Origin: Candidatus Sumerlaeota bacterium
GTDB taxonomy: Bacteria > Sumerlaeota > Sumerlaeia > SLMS01
DNA length: 39,890 bases
Assembly: GCA_020850785.1 (NCBI GenBank)
Contig: JADZDZ010000073.1
Span: 1 to 39,890 of the forward strand
Direction of reading: 5' to 3'
Numbering within the stretch: position 1 is the first letter of the stretch; each line of letters begins with the position of its first letter. The position numbers were made by a program, and so were the translations under genes. Under the pieces are notes generated by a model. The model saw only the letters and a list, made by a program, of their open reading frames with translations, was not told the DNA's origin and did not search any database. Positions 8,057-15,669 of the stretch are shown here, in pieces.

Positions 8057-9907
8057 TTACTTGGCGCCCGTTCCGAACTTGTCTTCCGGTGCGGGTGTCA
8101 ACGCCGGCGGAGCAGGAATATCCTTCTCCCAGCCGAGGTAGTAACCCACCGAACCCTTGCGATACTGCGAATCGCGCTCGTAGTACTGGCGTGCGCGGTC
8201 GGCGTTGTCGCTGTGGCGCTTGCGGTTTGCTTCCGTCCAGATGTTCGGCGACGTCGGCGTCACGAAGATGAAGGAACGCACCTGCGTGCCCTGACGTGCC
8301 TGGAACTTGAAGAACAGGTTGATGATCGGAATCTTTCCGAGCAGCGGCATTTCGTTCTTCGTCGTGGAGAACAGGTTCGCGTTGCTGCCGGCGACGATGA
8401 TCGTCTGGCCGTCGCTCACTTCAACCACGCTGGACGTGTTCACATCCTTCAGCGAGAAGATTTCGTCGTCGCTGCTGGTCTGGTTGTTTGTCGTGGCCTT
8501 CGTGGAGGTCGTGATCTGGATGCGAATCTTGCCGTTTTCCAGAATGAACGGCGTCGCGCTGACCTGAACGCCCTGCTCGATGTTCGCCACGGAGGTCGTG
8601 TTTGCGCCCTCAAGGCTCACGAACGTGCTAAGGCCGTCCTTGAAGCTCGCCGTCTCGCCGCTGACCACCGAGAGGTGCGGGGCCTGATAGTGGACGACGT
8701 AGTCCTGCGTCTTGGTTGCTTCAATCTGCGCGAGAACGTTTCCACCCGGATCCCAGGTCACCAGCAATTCATCTTCGCCGTAGCCGGCGTTGTCCGTGCC
8801 GAAGTCAAGGCCCGTGCCTGCACGGCCCCCTGCGGCGCCCGGATAGTTGAACAGGTATTCGCGCGCGGCGTCATCACCGTGGCCGTTAAGGCGCTGCACG
8901 GCCTGCGCCGTGTAGAAGTTGCTGATGATGCCCGTCTGCGGGTCCGCCTGCTCGACTTCGCGGAGCAACTGGAAGTCGATCGAGTTGAGCTGGTTGTAGA
9001 TGTTCGTGCCGCGGCGGTCAGCCTTCGACATGTCAACGGTCACCAACACGACGTCCAGTTCGATGATCGGCTTCTGCAGTTGGATGTGGCTGATCACGTT
9101 CGGGAAATAGAGCTTCGCGATCTGTTCCGCTTCCGACTTCTCGCGGTCCGTTGTCGCGACGCCTGTCAGCCAGGCGCTGATTTCCTTCTCGTTGTTTTCC
9201 TTCAACTCTGCCTTGATCTGGCCGAAGTTGCGGGCATCGAAATCCTGACGCAGTTGCGCCAGCATCTTCTGCTGTTCGCTCTGCGTGATCTGCGATTCCA
9301 CGAGGTCAACCACGTTGAAATTCTTGATGATGGTCTGGTAACGCTGGTAGTCTGCCATCGAGACGATCGTGCCCTGAACGACGAGGAGGTCGCCGACCTG
9401 CGAGGCGCTCACGCCGACCACGTCGCTCAGAAGCTGGCGAAGGGTCTGCAGGTCCTTCGCGACGTCCTGGCTGGAGACGACGAAGCGAATCAGGCGAACC
9501 GAGCCGTCATTGAGCATTGCACGAAGGTCGGAGGTGCCCGCCGCCTTGGAATGCACAAGGATGCCGTTGCCGTCAGGGGACACGGTCGCCGTGATGACGT
9601 TCGTGTTGCTGACAGCGATGCGCCCAACGCCCTGAATGCCCAGATACTCGTCCTGGTCGACTTCCTTGCGCACCACGCGCTCCGGTTCCTGAAGCGTGGT
9701 CTGTGCTGCTGCTGCCGCCGGTGCCGGCGCTGCAGCCGTTGCCGCTGGTGCGGCGGGTGTCGGACGTGGTTCGTTGTCCGTTCTGGTGTTTGTAACGCCC
9801 TGTGCCGCTGGTGTCACTGGGGGGACACTGCCGACTTGGGCCAGCGCCGTGCCCCCGCCAACCATAGCGAGCGAGGCCACAAGTAATGCCTTGTATGCCT
9901 TTTTCAT
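8057..9907 (-). CDS. cpaC: Tad/Flp pilus outer-membrane secretin CpaC/RcpA
   Basis: 616 aa. Signal peptide MKKAYKALLVASLAMVGGGTALA, then an Ala/Pro-rich linker. The C-terminal secretin core is ..GQTIIVAGSNANLFSTTKNEMPLLGKIPIINLFFKFQARQGTQVRSFIFVTPT. Located between cpaB and cpaF. Confidence 0.9.
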   Translation of the reverse strand: MKKAYKALLVASLAMVGGGTALAQVGSVPPVTPAAQGVTNTRTDNEPRPTPAAPAATAAAPAPAAAAAQTTLQEPERVVRKEVDQDEYLGIQGVGRIAVSNTNVITATVSPDGNGILVHSKAAGTSDLRAMLNDGSVRLIRFVVSSQDVAKDLQTLRQLLSDVVGVSASQVGDLLVVQGTIVSMADYQRYQTIIKNFNVVDLVESQITQSEQQKMLAQLRQDFDARNFGQIKAELKENNEKEISAWLTGVATTDREKSEAEQIAKLYFPNVISHIQLQKPIIELDVVLVTVDMSKADRRGTNIYNQLNSIDFQLLREVEQADPQTGIISNFYTAQAVQRLNGHGDDAAREYLFNYPGAAGGRAGTGLDFGTDNAGYGEDELLVTWDPGGNVLAQIEATKTQDYVVHYQAPHLSVVSGETASFKDGLSTFVSLEGANTTSVANIEQGVQVSATPFILENGKIRIQITTSTKATTNNQTSSDDEIFSLKDVNTSSVVEVSDGQTIIVAGSNANLFSTTKNEMPLLGKIPIINLFFKFQARQGTQVRSFIFVTPTSPNIWTEANRKRHSDNADRARQYYERDSQYRKGSVGYYLGWEKDIPAPPALTPAPEDKFGTGAK

Positions 9908-9997
9908 TCGATACCCCTTTCGGTATAGGTTTTACTGCTCCTACTATTTTCCTGCACCGGAAAGCGGGTTCGCATTCCGGGTTTATTCCTTGAACTC

Positions 9998-10864
9998 CTA
10001 CCTCATCCGATCACTGCGCTCAGTCTGCAGACGCGACAACTCTGTCAGATTCAGCACATCCTGATAGGTCACTTCCGTGCGTGGACTGATCGTGCCCGGA
10101 TCGGTCTGCTTGCGAAGCAACAGCGTGAAGACCGCCGTGTCCGTCAGGTTGCCGCCTTCCCTCAGGCCGACGCGCATGGCGAAGGTGAGGATTTGCGCTT
10201 CCCGCGGCGTCACTGCGATGGTGATATTCTGCATTCCGCCGCTGCGGCGCGGGCGCGCCATGTTGATGCCCGGCGTTTCGACGAAGTCCTCGCCGATCGC
10301 CAGCACCTTCACATTTTCGAACATATAGACAGTGGTCGGGCGGTAGGAGAATTCCTCGATCGTCTGCGGCCCCTGATTGGGAACCGTGATCGTGCGCACC
10401 GTCTTGTCCGGAACCTGCAGCGTTGCGATGATGTCCACGCGATCGCCCACGCGCAGGAAGGAGGTCAGCGAGCCGCCCTTTTCGATGTCGATGCTGATGG
10501 CGCGCTCGCCGTCCTGCAGCTTCGTGTCAAAGGTGAATGTCTCCACATTGGAAACATTCTTTTCCACGCTCTGGTCCAGAAGCACGTCGTTGGGCTGCAT
10601 GTCTGCGGCCACGCGGCTTCCGACGTAGAGGCCCTTGTCCTGCGGGCGTGCAAGGCCGCGAATCTTTCCCGCCGTTGCCGCGTCGATGGTCGCTTCACCG
10701 ATGTCCTCAATGCGCAGCGCCTCGCCCTTCTTGCGCTCGGTCTTCAGCACCAGCACGGTCGTCATCTGCGTGCGCTGCTGCTGCGACTTCAAATACTGCT
10801 GAATTCCCAAAAACGCGAAGATACCAAAAACAACCGCGATAATGATCGGCACTTTCGTCTGCAT
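9998..10864 (-). CDS. cpaB: Flp pilus assembly protein CpaB/RcpC (membrane-anchored, SAF-like)
   Basis: 288 aa. N-terminal anchor VPIIIAVVFGIFAFLGI, then ..VLVLKTERKKGEALRIEDI.. (SAF-like) and a beta-rich C-terminal half. It occupies the canonical position between the prepilin peptidase and the secretin. Confidence 0.8.
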   Translation of the reverse strand: MQTKVPIIIAVVFGIFAFLGIQQYLKSQQQRTQMTTVLVLKTERKKGEALRIEDIGEATIDAATAGKIRGLARPQDKGLYVGSRVAADMQPNDVLLDQSVEKNVSNVETFTFDTKLQDGERAISIDIEKGGSLTSFLRVGDRVDIIATLQVPDKTVRTITVPNQGPQTIEEFSYRPTTVYMFENVKVLAIGEDFVETPGINMARPRRSGGMQNITIAVTPREAQILTFAMRVGLREGGNLTDTAVFTLLLRKQTDPGTISPRTEVTYQDVLNLTELSRLQTERSDRMR

Positions 10865-10878
10865 GGTGGTTCCTTAGG

Positions 10879-11388
10879 CTATTTGAATTTCTGGAGAAGA
10901 ACGATCAAAATCCCCAGACACATCGACGTTCCGAAAGGGATGCGCTGGGTCATCAGCCCCAGCACGCCAACCGGCTGCTTTCCAACTTCTGCATCCTGCG
11001 ATTTTCTCAACTGACGATTCCTGTAGCTTTTCCAGACGATGAACCCAAGCCCAATTATGCCTCCGATCATCAGAGCATAATAAAGGATTCGGAACGTATC
11101 TATAGTTCCCACAAGCGCCCCGATGGCCGCCGCCAGCTTCACATCCCCCCCACCCACGGAGGGACGGCCGCGGCTCCAGCCGGTGATCAGGTAGGGGATC
11201 ATGAAGCACCCCCCCGCGATCAGCGCCGCCTTCAGGGCGTCGATGAAATGGGCTTCCAAAAGGGCCAGAAACAACCCCAGCAGGAGCGCCGGGATCGTCA
11301 GCCAGTTGTAGATTTTGCCTTCCTTCAGTTCCGTATAGATGATCACCGGAACCATCAACAGAAGGATGATCGGTTGCAGTGGTGGCAA
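10879..11388 (-). CDS. cpaA: A24-family prepilin peptidase CpaA/TadV
   Basis: 169 aa polytopic membrane protein containing the GGGDVKL motif (second catalytic Asp box of A24 peptidases). Located between flp and cpaB. The start is uncertain: TTG at 11388, with an in-frame ATG 11 codons downstream. Confidence 0.8.
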   Translation of the reverse strand: MPPLQPIILLLMVPVIIYTELKEGKIYNWLTIPALLLGLFLALLEAHFIDALKAALIAGGCFMIPYLITGWSRGRPSVGGGDVKLAAAIGALVGTIDTFRILYYALMIGGIIGLGFIVWKSYRNRQLRKSQDAEVGKQPVGVLGLMTQRIPFGTSMCLGILIVLLQKFK

Positions 11389-11546
11389 CGCAGGCTTTCC
11401 ATGAAGGGGTCACGGCGTGGTGATGCCCTTGTGGAGAGTGGGCGAGCTTCTGCCCTCAGCTAAACAAACGACAGCAGACCGTAATAGGACTGGACGCTTT
11501 CATCCCATCCCCAGCTTTACACAGTCCAGCGAAAAAGTTGTCTTCT

Positions 11547-11584
11547 AAAAAAAGAAAAGGCCGCATCGAGCGATCGATGCGGCC
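11547..11584 (-). terminator. Intrinsic terminator/attenuator after flp
   Basis: An 11-bp stem, GGCCGCATCGA (11559..11569) paired with TCGATGCGGCC (11574..11584), with a 4-nt loop. On the minus strand it is followed by TTTTCTTTTTTT (plus-strand A-run 11547..11558). It sits 17 nt after the flp TAA. Confidence 0.8.
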
Positions 11585-11600
11585 TTTTGGGAGGATAACC

Positions 11601-11876
11601 TTAGTTCAGGTTAACTTCTGTTTCGGCGGCTCCACTCTCGGTCTGGGCCATGTCCGGCTTGTCCGAGGTAAGCTTTCCTGTTTCAGCGATCTTCACCTTC
11701 TCAGTTGTCGTCGTGCTACCGCTGACCTTGTCAACCGACGTCTTGACCTGGCTGCGAAGCTGACCACCGAGGAGCATGAAGGCAAGGATGCCCGCAACGG
11801 CGATGAGCACGAGGATGATGACGTACTCCGTGGAGATGGCGCCCTTGCGGTTGTTGCGTGTGATGAGGTTCTTCAT
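11601..11876 (-). CDS. flp: Flp/Fap-family type IVb pilin
   Basis: MKNLITRNNRKG|AISTEYVIILVLIAVAGILAFMLLGG matches the Flp leader, the G/xxxxEY processing motif and the hydrophobic helix. I prefer ATG 11876 (GGAGAA 4 nt upstream) over the track's start at 11897. Confidence 0.85.
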   Translation of the reverse strand: MKNLITRNNRKGAISTEYVIILVLIAVAGILAFMLLGGQLRSQVKTSVDKVSGSTTTTEKVKIAETGKLTSDKPDMAQTESGAAETEVNLN

Positions 11877-12068
11877 GGTTTTCTCCTGATATTCCAAGTG
11901 GAAGAGTTTGCGAGATCAAAACCGGCGCCCGGCTTGGGTGCGCCGGTCAGCCTCTTGGGGTCCTAACAAGAACTGGATAACACCTAATCTTCGCCCCTCA
12001 AGGGCACCCACTGGGTGCAGTCCTGATTTTGGGGGTGGATTTTTCTGCTTTCCAGTTTCTGAACGTGA

Positions 12069-12097
12069 ATTAATGGGCGGTTTTTCACCAGCGTCAA
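12069..12097 (-). promoter_or_regulatory. Candidate sigma70-type promoter for flp
   Basis: On the minus strand: TTGACG (12097..12092), a 17-nt spacer, then ATTAAT (12074..12069). This would give a ~185-nt leader. Sequence pattern only. Confidence 0.25.
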
Positions 12098-12235
12098 CAC
12101 AAAAGGGTTCGCGTCTCGCATTTTTCCTGATTTAACGGGGCAAATTCCCTCCCCTTGACCCCTGACGCCCTCCCCTTGGACCGTTGGGGATATTGAAGCT
12201 AGTCCACATACCCTCCCCATTTTTGAGGTTTTCCC

Positions 12236-13345
12236 ATGATTATCGGCGTTCCAAAGGAAATTAAGGATCAGGAATACCGCGTTGCCATGACGCCCGCTGG
12301 TGTCAAGGAACTGACGCGCCGCGGCCACCGGGTGATTGTCCAGACCCGCGCCGGCGTTGGCATCGGCGTCGAGGATTCCGCCTTCACCGCCGCCGGGGCG
12401 GAAATCGCCGATACCGCCGAAGAGGTCTTTGAGCGCGCCACCCTGATTGTTAAGGTGAAGGAGCCGATCAAGTCCGAATACAAGCTCATTCGCCCGGATC
12501 ATGTTCTTTTTGAATACTTCCATTTCGCATCGAGCAAGGACCTGACGGATGCGATGATCGCCAGCAAGGCCACGTGCCTGGCGTATGAAACGGTTACCGG
12601 CCCCGGCGGCCATCCGCTGCTGACGCCCATGAGCGAAATTGCCGGACGCCTCTCCGTGCAGCAGGGTGCCAAGTATCTGGAAAAACCCTCCGGCGGTCGT
12701 GGAACCCTTCTTGGCGGCGTGCCCGGCGTGAAGCCGGCCCGCGTGATGGTGCTGGGGGGCGGCGTCGTCGGCACGAACGCGGCGAAGATCGCCGCAGGCA
12801 TGGGCGCGCGCGTGACCATCCTCGACATCAATCTGGAGCGGCTTCGTTATCTGGACGATGTGATGCCGAAGAACATTTCCACCCTCTATTCCAACGAGCA
12901 CAACATCGCCAGCCAGCTTGACCGCGTGGACGTGATCATCGGCGGCATCTACCGCAGCGGCGCGCGCGCATCGCACCTGATTCGGCGCGAGCACCTGAAG
13001 ATGATGCCCAAGGGGGCCGTCGTCGTGGACGTCGCCATCGATCAGGGTGGCTGCTTCGAATCATCGCGCCCAACCACCCACAGCGACCCGATCTACGAAG
13101 AGGACGGCGTCATTCACTACTGCGTCACCAACATGCCCGGCGCCGTGGCCCGCACATCCACTTTTGCACTCACCAATGCGACGCTCCCCTACGTCATCTG
13201 GATAGCGGAGCAGGGATGGCCCGATTGCGTTACGGAAAACGAGCACCTTCGCCACGGCCTCAACATCGCCAAGGGGAAGGTCACCCATCCCGGCGTCGCG
13301 GAAGCGTACGGCCTCCCGCTGGAAGCGGTGGACGCGGTCCTGTAG
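12236..13345 (+). CDS. ald: Alanine dehydrogenase
   Basis: 369 aa. MIIGVPKEIKDQEYRVAMTPAGVKEL.., NAD-binding VLGGGVVGTNAAKIA, ..HYCVTNMPGAV... GAGG 7 nt upstream of the ATG. Confidence 0.92.
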   Translation: MIIGVPKEIKDQEYRVAMTPAGVKELTRRGHRVIVQTRAGVGIGVEDSAFTAAGAEIADTAEEVFERATLIVKVKEPIKSEYKLIRPDHVLFEYFHFASSKDLTDAMIASKATCLAYETVTGPGGHPLLTPMSEIAGRLSVQQGAKYLEKPSGGRGTLLGGVPGVKPARVMVLGGGVVGTNAAKIAAGMGARVTILDINLERLRYLDDVMPKNISTLYSNEHNIASQLDRVDVIIGGIYRSGARASHLIRREHLKMMPKGAVVVDVAIDQGGCFESSRPTTHSDPIYEEDGVIHYCVTNMPGAVARTSTFALTNATLPYVIWIAEQGWPDCVTENEHLRHGLNIAKGKVTHPGVAEAYGLPLEAVDAVL

Positions 13346-13357
13346 GAAATGAAGAAT

Positions 13358-13389
13358 GCGGCGCGGGCGCATACAAACGCCCGCGCTGC
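13358..13389. terminator. GC-rich hairpin between convergent ald and rsmB (possible bidirectional terminator)
   Basis: A 9-bp core stem, GCGCGGGCG (13361..13369) paired with CGCCCGCGC (13378..13386), extendable by 3 bp including one G-U pair. The loop is 8 nt. No clear U-tract on either side. Confidence 0.35.
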
Positions 13390-13406
13390 GGAATGTTCCG
13401 AGTGCG

Positions 13407-14819
13407 TTATTTTTCCTTCCGTCGCATTCGGGCGATGAAGAATCCGTCCGTGTTGTGTGTGGAAGGAAGCATTGTCAGTGATGACCTGTCCGCGCTTTGC
13501 GAAGCGCGGATTTTTTCATTCTGGAAGGGAAGCCAGTCCGGCGCAAAATCGGGAAAGCTGCGCTGCAATTCCGCCATCATCCCCGTCGTCTCCTCCGGCT
13601 CGAAGCTGCACGTTGCATAGACGAGAATCCCACCCGGCTTCACCAGCGGTGCGTACAGCGCAAGGCACTCGCGTTGTTGCGCCGTGGTCTCCGCGATGCG
13701 CGCATCCATCGGCCCGCGCCATTGAAGCGTTGGCTCCCGCCGCAATCGACCGAGCCCCAGGCAGGGCGCGTCGATCAACACCGCATCGTAGGGCGCAAAC
13801 ATCGCCGCCGTTCCGGGCCACGCAATGCGTACGTTTGTGAGTTGGTTTCTGGGGATGCGCTGTTCCAGCGGCTTTAGTCGTGCGGGATCGGTGTCATGCG
13901 CGTACACGACCCCCTTGCCTCCCATCAGCGAAGCCAAATGGATCGTCTTCCCGCCGGCGCCCGCGCATGCATCCAAAATTTTCCATCCCGGCTCCGGTGC
14001 CACGGCAAGGCTCACCAACTGGCTGGCCTGCTCGTGAATTTCGCACCAGCCTTCCTTCATCGCCGGCAGGTCCTTCAGCGACGCCTTCTTGACGAAGCGA
14101 ATGCAGTCGTCGGAGTACGCGCCGGGAGACACCTCCAGCCGATGCTCACGCATGTGCTGCAAGACATCCTCGCGCGATTTGCGGTGACGGTTCACGCGCA
14201 CATCCAACGGCGCCGGTTGGTGGAACGCCTTCGCCAGTGCCACCGCTGCGGCCTCGCCCCGCTCTGCGGTCCATCGTTGCAGCAATTCCGGCGCGATGGA
14301 AAACTCCGCCGCCAATTGGATCGCTCGCGGCGCGTGGGATAGCGCGGGGTCCTTGGCCACGCGTCGCGCGAAATCGCCAACCGTCGCGGAGAGGGCGTCC
14401 AGTTCCTCCTTCGTGGCAACGCCCTGTTCAGCGGCATGGTCCATTGCGGTCAAGGTGAGGGCCTCCGCCTTCCGCGACTCGGCGCCCAAGTCCTTCACCA
14501 GCCACAAATAGGTCGCCAGCGCCGCTTCCTCCAGCGGAGGCGTTCCTGCGATCGCCTCCATCAGGGACGGCGCACCCGATTGGCGCTCCGCCCATTCCCG
14601 CAGCATCAGCAGTTGCGGGCGCCGCCGCAGAAGCGAATAGAGCGCCGCAGCGAGGAACATCCTCCCCTTCATGGCGATTTGCGGGCGTGTGCGAAAAAAG
14701 CCCTCCACAAACTGATCGGTCGGCGTCGTTGTGCGAATCACCGCGTAATAGAGTTCCGCCAGCCGCCCGCGGAGGCGGTCGTGCTGTTCAGATTCGGGAA
14801 TGGATTTCTCAGGTGCCAC
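13407..14819 (-). CDS. rsmB: 16S rRNA (cytosine-C5)-methyltransferase, RsmB/Sun (NOL1/NOP2/Sun) family
   Basis: 470 aa. SAM motif DACAGAGGKT, motif IV DAPCLGLG, motif VI YATCSFEPEE, and an N-terminal NusB-like helical region. GTG start. Confidence 0.85.
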   Translation of the reverse strand: MAPEKSIPESEQHDRLRGRLAELYYAVIRTTTPTDQFVEGFFRTRPQIAMKGRMFLAAALYSLLRRRPQLLMLREWAERQSGAPSLMEAIAGTPPLEEAALATYLWLVKDLGAESRKAEALTLTAMDHAAEQGVATKEELDALSATVGDFARRVAKDPALSHAPRAIQLAAEFSIAPELLQRWTAERGEAAAVALAKAFHQPAPLDVRVNRHRKSREDVLQHMREHRLEVSPGAYSDDCIRFVKKASLKDLPAMKEGWCEIHEQASQLVSLAVAPEPGWKILDACAGAGGKTIHLASLMGGKGVVYAHDTDPARLKPLEQRIPRNQLTNVRIAWPGTAAMFAPYDAVLIDAPCLGLGRLRREPTLQWRGPMDARIAETTAQQRECLALYAPLVKPGGILVYATCSFEPEETTGMMAELQRSFPDFAPDWLPFQNEKIRASQSADRSSLTMLPSTHNTDGFFIARMRRKEK

Positions 14820-14893
14820 GCGCTTCGCTTTTTCTTTCCATTAAAGGTGGGTATTCATTTCTTTTTCCTGCCCGACTTGACTCGGAACGGACC

Positions 14894-15457
14894 ATGCGAA
14901 TGAACTTGCTGGTTGGTTATAAACCACGGGAGTTTGTTTTGTCCGACGTCTTGACCATCAACCATGAAGTGCCGGATTTCACGCTTCCGGCGGATACAGG
15001 AGGAACCATCACGCTGAGCGATTTTCGCAATCGCCAATCGGTGCTCCTGTTTTTTTATCCGGCGGATTTTACTCCCGTCTGCACTTCGGAAGTTTGCGCC
15101 TTCCGCGATGATTATGAACACTTTCGCGCGCGCAACGTCGCTTTGTTGGGCGTCAGCGGCGACTCGGTTGAAACACACCAGCGCTTTTCCAAGGAATGCC
15201 GTCTCCCCTTTCCACTCCTAAGCGACCAATCCTACAGCGTCGCTCGCGCCTTCGGCGCCAAGGGGCTTCTCGGAATGCGCCGCGCCTACTACCTCATCGA
15301 CACCCGCGGCGTCCTCCTTTGGCAACACTGCGAATGCCTTCCGGTCTTCCGCCTCTGCAATTCCCGCCTTCGTGACGTCATCCAGCGCAACCTCCCCGAA
15401 CCACAATCCGCCGGCACCAATCACGACATTCCCCTCGTCTCACCGCCGCACCTTTAG
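14894..15457 (+). CDS. bcp: Peroxiredoxin, Bcp/PrxQ type
   Basis: FYPADFTPVCTSEVCAF contains the peroxidatic and resolving Cys in a CxxxxC arrangement; ..LGVSGDSVETHQRF... I chose ATG 14894. The track's ORF start at 14687 overlaps the rsmB 5' end and encodes non-protein-like sequence. Confidence 0.85.
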   Translation: MRMNLLVGYKPREFVLSDVLTINHEVPDFTLPADTGGTITLSDFRNRQSVLLFFYPADFTPVCTSEVCAFRDDYEHFRARNVALLGVSGDSVETHQRFSKECRLPFPLLSDQSYSVARAFGAKGLLGMRRAYYLIDTRGVLLWQHCECLPVFRLCNSRLRDVIQRNLPEPQSAGTNHDIPLVSPPHL

Positions 15458-15669
15458 TTTCCGATCTTCGCGCGCCTCTCGCGCTCCATCCGCTTGGCCT
15501 TCGGCGCCACATACTGGACATAATACCAAATCCCCGCGCCGAATAGTGGCAGCGCGAGCACGAACACAATCCACAACGCCCGCGCGACGCCGCTGCGAAA
15601 TGTCCGCAGCACATCCGCGATCACCAGAATATCCAGCACGATCACGGCAACGTAGAGCAAGTCATTCAA
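15454..15669 (-). CDS. Small membrane protein, PLD-nuclease N-terminal (PLDc_N)-like
   Basis: 71 aa with two hydrophobic helices, VAVIVLDILVIADVL and ALWIVFVLALPLFGAGIWYY, and a basic tail. It overlaps the yicC stop by 8 nt. Confidence 0.6.
   Translation of the reverse strand: MNDLLYVAVIVLDILVIADVLRTFRSGVARALWIVFVLALPLFGAGIWYYVQYVAPKAKRMERERRAKIGN

Noticed and set aside
9690-9790. GC-rich triplet-like nucleotide repetition (gctgctgctgccgccggtgccggcgctgcagcc...) that could be taken for a microsatellite or repeat element
   Set aside because: It is in frame within cpaC and encodes the Ala/Pro-rich linker after the signal peptide. This is coding low complexity, not an independent repeat element.
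7853-9886. 677-aa plus-strand ORF, the longest ORF in the track in this region
   Set aside because: It lies antisense to the complete cpaC secretin gene. The translation is Arg/Ala/His/Val-rich with no motifs, TM segments or domain signatures. This is a typical shadow ORF of GC-rich DNA.
11984-12994. 336-aa minus-strand ORF
   Set aside because: It lies antisense to alanine dehydrogenase, which has a clear NAD-binding motif and full-length family resemblance. The ORF also spans the non-coding ald-flp region.
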